NCBI GenBank assembly: GCA_044230075.1
Contig: JBGARS010000017.1
Span: forward strand, 1 to 64,000
Length of the DNA: 64,000 bases
Source: Planctomycetota bacterium
GTDB taxonomy: Bacteria; Planctomycetota; UBA1135; UBA2386
Reading direction: 5' to 3'
In this document: piece after piece, positions 54,255 to 62,689 of the stretch
Position numbering within the stretch: position 1 is the stretch's first letter
How the letters are laid out: each line of letters opens with the position of its first letter
The notes under the pieces: generated by a model
Database searches by the model: none
What the model was told of the DNA's origin: nothing
What the model saw: the letters and a program-made list of their open reading frames with translations, nothing else
Program-made: the position numbers and the translations under genes

Positions 54255-54932
54255 TCAGCCGGAGATGGCGTGCCGGAATGCGAGCTCGCCAGGCAGCCGC
54301 TCGCCCGTGTACTCGATGTGCACGATGCGGCGGTGCACGGGCCGGGTTGCCTTGGACGATGCATGCAGCAGCAGCGGCCGCATGCACAACGCGCCGCCGG
54401 CAGGCACGTGGCAGGTGACCGGCGCAATGGTCCGGGCCAACGCGGCGCTTCGCTGCGCGGCCAGGACGCCGTGGCAGTGTGTGCCCGGCAGCACGCGCAG
54501 CGCGCCGTTCGCCGCGTCGGATCCATCCAGATCGATCCGCACGGCGAGCAGGTTGCGCAGCAGGTGCTCGGGCGGCTGCACGAACCACACGCCCCGCTTC
54601 TGCGACCATGGGCCGAAGCCGGCGGCGTCCCGCCGTTCCTGCACCGGCACGACGAGGTCCTGGTGCCACGTCACGAGCCAGTTCGCCGTCGGCGTCTTGT
54701 CGAACAACGTCGCCCGGTGGGCGAACGCGGTGGCGCCGAGCACGGGTTCGACGAGGGCGCGCACTTCGCGGCTCGCTGCGAGGGAGCGAACCGCGGGATG
54801 CAGGAGCCCATCCCGGTTGCCGGCGCCGGTCGCCAGCAGTTGCGGGAAGGCATGCAGCAGCGCCTGATGGGCACCGGGTGGGAGCACCTCCGCGGCGATC
54901 GCGAAGCCATCGGTTTCCAGGTCGTGCGGCAT
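54255..54932 (-). CDS. Phytanoyl-CoA dioxygenase (PhyH) family Fe(II)/2OG oxygenase
   Basis: WHQD...D (HxD) and distal His (LPGTHCHGV). Internal ATG 54932. Confidence 0.65.
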   Translation of the reverse strand: MPHDLETDGFAIAAEVLPPGAHQALLHAFPQLLATGAGNRDGLLHPAVRSLAASREVRALVEPVLGATAFAHRATLFDKTPTANWLVTWHQDLVVPVQERRDAAGFGPWSQKRGVWFVQPPEHLLRNLLAVRIDLDGSDAANGALRVLPGTHCHGVLAAQRSAALARTIAPVTCHVPAGGALCMRPLLLHASSKATRPVHRRIVHIEYTGERLPGELAFRHAISG

Positions 54933-55278
54933 GGTGGTGACGGCGCGGCCTACCTGCCAGCCAGGGGGCGTATACCCCACTCCGGGTGGGGATCCTACCC
55001 CGGGGTGGTCGCCCGTCAGGCCCGCAGCGCGAGGTGGAGCCGGCGCCACAGGCGGTTGGCGACGAGGCTCGTGTGGACCTTCGACCGGGCGGAGCGCCGG
55101 GCTCGCCGCACCGCGGCACCAGACTGGAGGCGGCGGGTGGGGCGCTTGGTGCGGAGGGGCATGCGGCCGCGAAAGCGTGGACGCGATCCCGACGTTTCGC
55201 GGCGTCGACTGGCGGTGGCGCCTGGTGGGGCTCCTGGTGGCACGAAATGGGTACCGCTGCTCAGCTATGCGGAGGCCC

Positions 55279-55971
55279 ATGACCGACCTGACCGAACCCG
55301 TTCCACCGCCGCGGACCAAGAAGCCGCGCGGCTGCCTCTTCTACGGCTGCATCACCGCGGTCGCGCTGTTCCTGCTCGTCGGCGTCGGCGGCTACTTCGC
55401 CGTGCGGTACGGGCTGCAGAAGCTCGTCGCGAGCGTCGAGCCCTACACGGACGCGACGCCGATGCAGTTGCCGGAGTCGACGATGGGCGACAGCGACTAC
55501 GGAGAACTCGAGCAGCGCGTGGCGGCGTTCGCGGCGGCGACGCCGGCGGCAGCAGGAACGCCACCGTTGGTGCTGACCAGTGACGACATCAACACGCTGA
55601 TCGACCGCCACCCGGCGTGGCAGGCCTTGCGCGGCCGGCTGCACGTCTCCCTGCAAGGCGACGTGATCGAGGCCAAGGTCGCGTTGCCGTTGGACATGCT
55701 GGACAACCTGCCCTGGCTGTCGGAACTGAAGGGCCGCTACGTCAACGCAACCGTCGCGATGCACGCCTCGTTCGACGACGAGACCCTGGTCACGTCGTTG
55801 CGTTCGGTGCAGGTCAAGGGCGAGGACCTGCCGCCGGATCTGCTGCAGGCCCTGAAGGGGCAGCGGATCGAGCGGTTCACCGAGCCGCAGGCGCAGGACC
55901 TGCGGCGCCGCATCGAGAGCTTCCGCGTCGAGGGCGGGCTGCTGACGATCCGCGCGAAGACCGCGAAGTGA
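55279..55971 (+). CDS. Hypothetical membrane-anchored protein (230 aa)
   Basis: GGAGG then ATG. Single TM helix CITAVALFLLVGVGGYFAV. Confidence 0.45.
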   Translation: MTDLTEPVPPPRTKKPRGCLFYGCITAVALFLLVGVGGYFAVRYGLQKLVASVEPYTDATPMQLPESTMGDSDYGELEQRVAAFAAATPAAAGTPPLVLTSDDINTLIDRHPAWQALRGRLHVSLQGDVIEAKVALPLDMLDNLPWLSELKGRYVNATVAMHASFDDETLVTSLRSVQVKGEDLPPDLLQALKGQRIERFTEPQAQDLRRRIESFRVEGGLLTIRAKTAK

Positions 55972-56158
55972 TGCCACGCTGCGAGCCCGCGAAGATGTCC
56001 TTGGGACAGGCTCCCGGATCTCCCGGGGTGGCCGCCGGCGCGGCCACGCAGAGCGTTCGAGACCGGTTGTCGGTCGCGCTCTGGGGGGAGAGTTTCCCCG
56101 ACCGGCAACCCGCCTGGCCGATGGACTAGTTGCGCCGATTCCCCACGTCGGAGGTGCC

Positions 56159-56638
56159 ATGAAGGCTGCAACGTTGGTTCCGCTCCTGCTCGTCACGGCG
56201 CTGCCGGCGCAGTGTCTCTTCACGTCCCTGACCACCACTTCCGTGGGGCCCGGGTGCAACGTCGGCTCCACCGGCTACTGCAAGGTCGTCGGCCTGCCGA
56301 CGACGCTGAGCACGTCGCTGGACCCGGCGAATTGCCGGCTGGAGGTGCAGATCCACCTGTTCGAGGCGTGCGGGGTGTCGGTTCCGTTGCGGTTGCTCGC
56401 GTTCGGGTTCCAACCCGCAACGGTGCCGCTGCCGGAGTTCGGTCCGGGCTGCGTGTTGGCGTTCGCACCGCTCGCCGTCCTGTCCTGGAGCACGGGACCG
56501 ATCGCCCTGGACCTGCCGCCCGGCGTTGCCGCGCTGAGCTTCCTGGTGCAGGGAGCGGCACTGAGCATCGCCCCTCCCGGCGGGCAAGGTCTCGATGCGC
56601 TGACCTTCTCGGACGCGTTGCGGGTCGATCTGCAGTAG
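56159..56638 (+). CDS. Secreted hypothetical protein (159 aa)
   Basis: GGAGG RBS. Signal peptide LVPLLLVTALPAQC. Confidence 0.5.
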   Translation: MKAATLVPLLLVTALPAQCLFTSLTTTSVGPGCNVGSTGYCKVVGLPTTLSTSLDPANCRLEVQIHLFEACGVSVPLRLLAFGFQPATVPLPEFGPGCVLAFAPLAVLSWSTGPIALDLPPGVAALSFLVQGAALSIAPPGGQGLDALTFSDALRVDLQ

Positions 56639-56713
56639 ATCCGCGTCCACCGTCGACATCGGTCCCGTTGCCTCGTCGCCGCGACCGGGCCGCGAGGAAC
56701 CCGCAGGCAACCC

Positions 56714-56983
56714 TTGGCCGTCGGCCGCCCCATGGCGAACATGCCCGACATGGCGAAGTCCTCCTGCCCGTTGTCGCAGTCCCAATTCCTGGCCAAGGCC
56801 GAGCCGCTGAAGATCGGCATCAACGGTCAGGACATGCTGGCCGAGGTGAAGGCGTTCTCGACCGGTTCGTTCGGCTGGTACCTGAACGGCAAGACCACGA
56901 TCCTGGTCGACGGCAAGGCGGTGTCGGTCCAGATCGGCATGAACCTGACCATCGTCGGCAGCAAGGACGCGGCGCGCGAGTGA
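56714..56983 (+). CDS. Small hypothetical protein (about 83-89 aa)
   Basis: Lower local GC, balanced composition. Start ambiguous (MAVGRP / MANMPD / MAKSS). Confidence 0.3.
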   Translation: MAVGRPMANMPDMAKSSCPLSQSQFLAKAEPLKIGINGQDMLAEVKAFSTGSFGWYLNGKTTILVDGKAVSVQIGMNLTIVGSKDAARE

Positions 56984-57024
56984 ACCGTGTGACGCCATCC
57001 CCGACCACGCACCCAGGAGGCCGC

Positions 57025-59616
57025 ATGCGTTCCCTGACTTCCCTCGTGTTCGCCGCCTTGCTTGCCTGGGTGGTCCTGGTCTCGTGTGCGTCCGTGCCGG
57101 TGACGTTTCCGGGACTCGACCCGGCACTCGGCACGCAGGCACACCTCGACCAGGTCAACTCCAGCCGGTTCTGCGGCACCTGCCATCCGGCGATCTACGC
57201 GGAGCACCGCTTCAACACCCACGGCCGCGCGTTCTTCGATGCCGAGGCGCGCCTGGCGACACGCGGCTTCCGGCGCGACGACTGCATCCGTTGCCACACG
57301 CCGCGGCCGGTGTTCGAGACCGGCATCGGCATGACGCCGATGCAGCGTTGGACCGACCTCGAGGAAGGCAACACCTGCATGTCCTGCCATGGCCGCGCCG
57401 GCTACGACTACAGCCGCTTCGTCGGCGGCGCGCAGTGCAAGGGCGCCTTCGAGCCCGAGGTCGGCACTGCGAACCACTGCGCCAGTTGCCACCGCATCGC
57501 GGGCACGCCGGCGCAATGGACGCGCGCCGAACACGGCAAGCTGGCGGGCCGCGTGTGCATCGACTGCCACATGCGAACGGTGGTGCGGCCGGTCGCCATC
57601 GGCCAACCGCCGCGGCCGGTGCGCAGCCACCTGTTCCCGGCGTCGGGCAGCGAGTCGCAACTGCGTTCGGCGTATGGCTACGAGGTGAAGGTCGAAGGCA
57701 ACGAAGCCGTGGTCGCGATCACGAACAAGGGCGTGGGGCACAACTTCCCGACCGCGAACCGCCAACGCGGCGTCGAGTCGCTGGTCATCGTGCGCGACGC
57801 GGACGGCAACGAGGTCGCGCGCTCCCGCCTGACGTGCCGCTATCCGTACGCCGCGGAACTGCCGGAACATTCCCTGGTGCTGCCGCGCGGGTCGCAGATC
57901 CCGTCCGGCAAGACGACGACGCATCGGGTGCCGTTGCCGATCGCTGCCGGCACCGTCGAGTGCCGGCTCTACTTCAAGCTGTATCGGCCCAGCGACGACG
58001 ACGATCCGCATCTGTCGCGTTGCCTGGAAGAACGGCGCCTGCCCTTCGGCGGCATCACGCCGTCGTCGACGCCGGTGCCCCGCGAGGTGGAAGTCTTCTA
58101 CTCACCGCCGCCGACGAAGATCGAGGACTTCTTCGACCAGACCGGCCTCGCCAACACGCTGCGGTCGCCATGGTCGCCGGAGCCGATCGTCGTGCCGGCG
58201 GGCACGGATCAGGAACAGATCGACGTGCTGGCGGCGATGCTCGAATCGCATCTGCCGGAGGCGCGCAAGCAGGCCCGCGAACGGCTGGCTGCGGTGTTTC
58301 CCGCGTCGGCATCGGCGCTGGTCACGGCGCTGGCGCGCTGGAGCAACGAGACGTTCCACGAGGCGATGAAGACCTTCCTGGCGATCGGCAGCCCTGCGGT
58401 GCCGACGCTGATCCAGGCGCTGTGCCACGAGCATCTCTACGTGCGTTGCCATGCGCGCCTGCTGCTCGCGCAGTTGGAGCTAGGCGATTCGCGCAACGAG
58501 GTGCGTCAGGCCCTGGTCGCGGCGATGGCCATGGGGAACCCGCTCGATCGGCGCAGCGCCGCCGAGGCGCTGGGCCACGTCGGCGACGCGACGGCGTTCG
58601 CGGCCTTGCGCGGCGGGCTCGAGGACGTCGACTGGGACGTCGTGCATGCCTGTGCGACCAGTCTGGCGTGGCTCGGCGACCGCGACGCGGTGCCGAAGAT
58701 CATCGATCTGTTGCACCGTTCGCCGTGGCCGGAGACGCGGCGCACGCTGGCCGGCGCGCTCGCGACGCTCGGCTCGGCGGCGGGGGTGCAGCCGTTGTTG
58801 GACGACCTCATGGCCGACGACGTGCTGCAGCGGGAGTTCACCTTCGGAGTGCTGTTCGCGATCACCGACCAGCACTGCGGCTACGAGCCGGGGGCGCCGT
58901 CGGCAGAACGGCTGTTCGCCATCGCGCGGTTGCAGTCCTGGTGGGCGCAGCACGGCAGCGACCGCGCCGTGCATGCGCCGCTGCCAAAGGACGCGGCCAT
59001 GTGGGAGCGCACGTGGGCCCTGGTCGAGAAGCTCGGCGGCGGCAGCGATGTCGATCCGGGTGGGGACGACGACGCGATCGCGCGCGACCTGCTGGCGCTC
59101 GGCGACGACGCCGTGCCCGCGTTGATCGAAGGCCTGACGTTCCCCTCGGGCTTCGCGCACAAGCGCGAGTGGATCTGCCGGTTGCTGGGCCAGATCGGCA
59201 GCAAGTCGGCGACCCCGTTCCTCGCGGCGGCGTTGCGGGATCCGGTGCCCGCCGTTGCCGACTGGGCGTGCTGGGCGCTCGAGCGCTGCGGCGACGAAGA
59301 CACGCCGTTCCAGCTGCGCAACTACGAGAATCGCGTGCCGGCGCTGGTCGGCTCGCCGCGTGGGGCCATGCCGGATGCGCCGGCCGACGCGTTGCTGGCC
59401 CGTGCGGCACGCGTGCGCCTGGTGCTCGGTGACGAGACCGCGCGCCACGAGCTGGTCGGCTTCCTGCTGTCGCCGAACCTGGCGGCGCGTCAGCTCGCCA
59501 TCGGCGCGCTGCGCGATCACTTCGGTGAGGACCGCGGCTTCGATCCGGCGGCGCCTGGCGACGCGCGCGCCGCGGCGGCAGCGCGCTGGCAGGATGGCGT
59601 CGGCACCGGGCGATGA
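57025..59616 (+). CDS. Secreted five-heme c-type cytochrome fused to a C-terminal HEAT/PBS-lyase-like repeat domain
   Basis: AGGAGG RBS. Signal peptide. Five CxxCH motifs (CGTCH, CIRCH, CMSCH, CASCH, CIDCH) within about 190 aa. C-terminal about 450 aa of HEAT-like repeats (AAEALGHVGDATA..., VHACATSLAWLGDRDAVPKII..., ALATLGSAAGVQPLLDDL...). Internal start chosen over the 1134-aa ORF-track frame. Confidence 0.75.
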   Translation: MRSLTSLVFAALLAWVVLVSCASVPVTFPGLDPALGTQAHLDQVNSSRFCGTCHPAIYAEHRFNTHGRAFFDAEARLATRGFRRDDCIRCHTPRPVFETGIGMTPMQRWTDLEEGNTCMSCHGRAGYDYSRFVGGAQCKGAFEPEVGTANHCASCHRIAGTPAQWTRAEHGKLAGRVCIDCHMRTVVRPVAIGQPPRPVRSHLFPASGSESQLRSAYGYEVKVEGNEAVVAITNKGVGHNFPTANRQRGVESLVIVRDADGNEVARSRLTCRYPYAAELPEHSLVLPRGSQIPSGKTTTHRVPLPIAAGTVECRLYFKLYRPSDDDDPHLSRCLEERRLPFGGITPSSTPVPREVEVFYSPPPTKIEDFFDQTGLANTLRSPWSPEPIVVPAGTDQEQIDVLAAMLESHLPEARKQARERLAAVFPASASALVTALARWSNETFHEAMKTFLAIGSPAVPTLIQALCHEHLYVRCHARLLLAQLELGDSRNEVRQALVAAMAMGNPLDRRSAAEALGHVGDATAFAALRGGLEDVDWDVVHACATSLAWLGDRDAVPKIIDLLHRSPWPETRRTLAGALATLGSAAGVQPLLDDLMADDVLQREFTFGVLFAITDQHCGYEPGAPSAERLFAIARLQSWWAQHGSDRAVHAPLPKDAAMWERTWALVEKLGGGSDVDPGGDDDAIARDLLALGDDAVPALIEGLTFPSGFAHKREWICRLLGQIGSKSATPFLAAALRDPVPAVADWACWALERCGDEDTPFQLRNYENRVPALVGSPRGAMPDAPADALLARAARVRLVLGDETARHELVGFLLSPNLAARQLAIGALRDHFGEDRGFDPAAPGDARAAAAARWQDGVGTGR

Positions 59617-59691
59617 CCTGACGTCGTTCCGGCCGCTGCAGGTGGCCAGATGCCGCGGAAGGTCCGCGGCGGTCGGGCTGTCCGATGCCGC

Positions 59692-60108
59692 ATGGTGCAC
59701 AGGACCCGGGTCCGCCGTTCCGCGGCGTCGCGAGGTCAGGGGCGCCTGCTCGCGCTCACCGCCGTCGCCGTGCTGCTGGGCAGCTGGATCCTCGTGTTCC
59801 AGCCTGACCACGGCGGCGACTTCGCGCCGCGGCTCATCAAGGCACAGGTGGACCTCCGGACGCTCGACTGTGCCGTGCGGTCGTTCCGGGCTCGACACCA
59901 CCGGCTCCCGGAATCGCTGCGCGAACTCGCCACGAAGCATGCCGACGGTTGCAGCGAGCTGGAGGAACTGCCCCAGGACCCATGGGGCCACGACTACGTG
60001 CTGCAAGCCACCGCCGGGCCGGGCAAGGGGGACTGGACGGTGTGGAGCCTTGGTCCCGATGGCTGGCAAGGCACCAGCGACGATCTGCGCAGTGGCCGGC
60101 GGCGGTAG
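59692..60108 (+). CDS. GspG-like pseudopilin C-terminal-domain protein lacking a canonical prepilin cleavage site
   Basis: TM helix LLALTAVAVLLGSWILVF. GspG-type C-terminal signature PQDPWGHDYVL and WSLGPDG. Confidence 0.5.
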   Translation: MVHRTRVRRSAASRGQGRLLALTAVAVLLGSWILVFQPDHGGDFAPRLIKAQVDLRTLDCAVRSFRARHHRLPESLRELATKHADGCSELEELPQDPWGHDYVLQATAGPGKGDWTVWSLGPDGWQGTSDDLRSGRRR

Positions 60109-60172
60109 GTGCCGCACACGCGGCTACCGGATCAGGCCGTGTGATGAGATGTCGTTCGCGTCGCCGGGCCGG

Positions 60173-60538
60173 CTACGGCGCCAGGACTTCGCCTGCAGCT
60201 TCGCGGACCCGGCGCCGGATCCACCCAGCCAGGGTGGATCGCAGCGGGCGACCCTGATGTTCCGGGGCGCGTGTCGCCCACTCGGCGCGACGGAACACGC
60301 GGCGAAGGTCGCGCATGGAGGGGCCGGCAGCCGAGATCGTGAAGCTGCCCAGGTAGGCGCGCAGGCACTCCTGCCCCCCGAGCCGTTCCGCGAACCAGAT
60401 GCGGATCACGCGCTGCACGTCGCCATCCCCCGACGCGACGAACCGCGCGAAGTCCGGCTCGTCGTCGCGGATCGCGGTGTGCGTGGCAGTGCGCACCCAC
60501 GTCCGGCTCTCTCGCAGATGGAACAGCGGCGCCAACAT
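60173..60538 (-). CDS. Hypothetical protein (121 aa; weak resemblance to sigma-70 region 2)
   Basis: Internal ATG 60538. Pattern DDEPDFARFV...VQRVIRIWFAERLGG...RAYLGSF. Confidence 0.25.
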   Translation of the reverse strand: MLAPLFHLRESRTWVRTATHTAIRDDEPDFARFVASGDGDVQRVIRIWFAERLGGQECLRAYLGSFTISAAGPSMRDLRRVFRRAEWATRAPEHQGRPLRSTLAGWIRRRVREAAGEVLAP

Positions 60539-60738
60539 CGCCGGCCATGGTACGGCACGAACAGCAGACGGCGCGCGGCGCGGCAGGAATGTCGGGGTTG
60601 ATGGCGTCAGTGCCGCCCGACTCAGGTCCGGACCTTGCAAGGTGGGCGGGCCTGGCGATACTCAGCCCCCGACCCTTCTCGACGATCCACCCCAACGACC
60701 TTGGCGCGCAGACACGGAGTGCAGTGAGCCCGGCCAGC

Positions 60739-60759
60739 GGGAATGCGGTCTGCATTCCC
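60739..60759. promoter_or_regulatory. Perfect 8-bp inverted repeat GGGAATGC-ggtct-GCATTCCC upstream of the TusA-like gene; candidate operator or attenuator
   Basis: Read directly from the sequence, about 70-90 bp upstream of the TusA-like start region. Confidence 0.25.
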
Positions 60760-60829
60760 CTCGCCAAGCCGCTCGTGCTGAGCGGCTCGCTGCATCCCCG
60801 CCCCTGCGGGGACACGCGCATCCGCTCCC

Positions 60830-61459
60830 TTGCACGACCTTCCCGACGACGATGACGAAGCGCTGCTCGCCGGCAGCACCACGGAACGCACGGCGGAGCT
60901 GAAGGCATCGGTGCGCGCCGTCGCGCAGCGGCCGTGCCAGCTGTGCGGCCGGCAGCTGTGTGGCCACGCAGCCTTGCTGTCGATCCTGCTCGGTTCGCGC
61001 CACGCGCCGCGCTGTAGCGCCTGCGCCGCCGTGGAACTCGGCGAACCAGAGCCCGATCTGTGCGAACGTTCGTTGCAGTGGATCCGGCGGCGCGAGTGCT
61101 TCCTCGCCGCCTGGCACGCCGCCAGCGCGGCGGAGGGTTTCGGCGCCGCCGACCGGCCGAGCTGCCTGTTCGCCGCCGACGCCGCCGCGGGTGCCGGCGC
61201 ACGCGACCCGATCCCCGCTGCGTCGACGACCGTGCCCATCGCCGATGCCGTGCACGACGCCGGCGACCTCGGCTGCGGCGACCTCGTGCTCGAGCTCAAG
61301 TTCACGCTCGCCGGGATGGCCCCGGGCAGCGTGCTCGAAGTGCGCGCCACCGACACGGCGGCGCCGATCGACCTGCCCGCCTGGTGTGGCCTCGTCGGCC
61401 ACACCCTGCTGCACACGTCTCCCCCCCGTTACTGGATCCGAAGGAAAGCCAACCCATGA
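60830..61459 (+). CDS. TusA-family sulfur-carrier-like protein with an N-terminal Cys-rich (zinc-ribbon-like) extension
   Basis: C-terminal IDLPAWCGLVGHTLLH matches TusA RDIPGFCRFMEHELV. DLGCGDLVLELK sits at the CPxP position. N-terminal CQLCGRQLCGH...CSAC Cys cluster. Start uncertain (TTG at 60830 or a downstream GTG). Confidence 0.5.
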   Translation: MHDLPDDDDEALLAGSTTERTAELKASVRAVAQRPCQLCGRQLCGHAALLSILLGSRHAPRCSACAAVELGEPEPDLCERSLQWIRRRECFLAAWHAASAAEGFGAADRPSCLFAADAAAGAGARDPIPAASTTVPIADAVHDAGDLGCGDLVLELKFTLAGMAPGSVLEVRATDTAAPIDLPAWCGLVGHTLLHTSPPRYWIRRKANP

Positions 61460-61818
61460 CCAACCGCTTCTGCGTCAGTCTCACCTACGCCAAGAACGAT
61501 GCCGACAAGGCCACCGTCGCCTTCGTGGTCGCCAATGCCGCCGCCGCTTCCGAGAAGCAGACCGTGGTGTTCCTCAGCACCGAAGCGGTGCGCATCTGCC
61601 AGCAAGGCTACGTTGACGACGTGCACGAGGAGGGCTTCGCGCCGCTGCGCGACCTGGTCGCCAACTTCGTCAAGGCCGGCGGCACGATCTGGGTGTGCTC
61701 GCCGTGCTTCAAGAAGCGGCAGCTCGACGAGACCAAGGTGATCCCCGGCGCGACGATCGTCGGCGGCGCCAAGCTGGTCGAGTTCCTGTCGCAAGGCGCA
61801 CCCTGCGTCAGCTACTGA
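61456..61818 (+). CDS. DsrE/DsrF-like family protein
   Basis: 120 aa. VAFVVANAAAASEKQTVVFLSTEAVRI...GGTIWVCSPCFKKRQL is the DsrE/DsrF fold pattern with a conserved Cys. AAGGAAA RBS. Confidence 0.6.
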   Translation: MTNRFCVSLTYAKNDADKATVAFVVANAAAASEKQTVVFLSTEAVRICQQGYVDDVHEEGFAPLRDLVANFVKAGGTIWVCSPCFKKRQLDETKVIPGATIVGGAKLVEFLSQGAPCVSY

Positions 61819-61957
61819 GGCACGGGCGAGGATGCGGCTACGGCCGCCCATGCAGGAGCTGGCGGCGCTGCGCGCCGCAGCTCAGCGGCGAGTGGCGGAG
61901 TCGAGCGGTTCGCTCCCTGTGTCCGGCCTGGCGGCAGTGCCGATTGGAGAGAAGACG

Positions 61958-62689
61958 ATGGTCGAAAACCCCGGTTCGACGGCGCCCGACGCGGTGTGCG
62001 ACGGTGGCGATCTCGATTGCGGCAGCGGCCTCTTGCTGATCATCCGATCGGCGATGGCGCCGCTGCGCCCGGCCGGCACGTTGCTGGTCAAGAGCCGCGA
62101 GATCTCGGTGCGCGAGGACCTGCCGGCCTGGTGCCGCATGGTCGGCCACGCGCTGCTGCACGAGACACCGGGCGCCAACGGCTACACACACTTCCTGCTG
62201 CGCAAGAAGGGCGACGACGCCGACCTCGGCACCGACCTCGAACAGGCGCGGCGCCACAGCTGGCAGGTGCGCGCGCGTTGGACCAGCGGCATGCAGGCCA
62301 AGGTCACGGTGCGCAACCACGGCTTGCCCATCGGCCAGCCGGCGAGCTTCGACACCGAGGACGCGGCGCCGTCGGCGATCGAGTTCCTGCTGTCGGCCGT
62401 CGCCGGTGCCCTGTGCACCGGCCTGCAGTGGCGGCTGTCGCGGCTCGGCGTGGCGGTGCACAACCTCGAGGTCGTGGCCAAGGCGAAGTCCCACAACAGC
62501 CTCGTATTCCTCGGCGTCGAGCACACCGGCAGCCCGGCGCTGGCGGGCATCGACGTGTCGATCTACGTCGCCGCCGACGTCGACGACGACCAGCTCGAGC
62601 AGGCGTTCGCCGACACGCTGCGGCGCTGTCCCGTGACCCAGTCCCTGTTGCAGACCGTTGCGGTCGACGCACGCGCGCGCAAAGTATGA
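61958..62689 (+). CDS. TusA-like / OsmC-Ohr-like fusion protein
   Basis: N-terminal DGGDLDCGSGLLLIIRS...EDLPAWCRMVGHALLHE is the TusA-like pattern. C-terminal about 140 aa OsmC-like (AIEFLLSAVAGALCTGLQWRL...VEHTGSPALAGID...RCPVTQSL). GGAGAG RBS. Confidence 0.6.
   Translation: MVENPGSTAPDAVCDGGDLDCGSGLLLIIRSAMAPLRPAGTLLVKSREISVREDLPAWCRMVGHALLHETPGANGYTHFLLRKKGDDADLGTDLEQARRHSWQVRARWTSGMQAKVTVRNHGLPIGQPASFDTEDAAPSAIEFLLSAVAGALCTGLQWRLSRLGVAVHNLEVVAKAKSHNSLVFLGVEHTGSPALAGIDVSIYVAADVDDDQLEQAFADTLRRCPVTQSLLQTVAVDARARKV

Noticed and set aside
30279-56638. Recurrent PAQ ending of signal peptides (LPAQ, LAPAQ, GLPAQQ, ALPAQC) in several secreted proteins as a possible special sorting signal
   Set aside because: Consistent with ordinary signal peptidase I Ala-x-Ala-like sites with Gln at +1. 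This is likely a lineage-typical cleavage-site preference rather than a dedicated sortase or exosortase motif (no PEP-CTERM or LPXTG tails seen).
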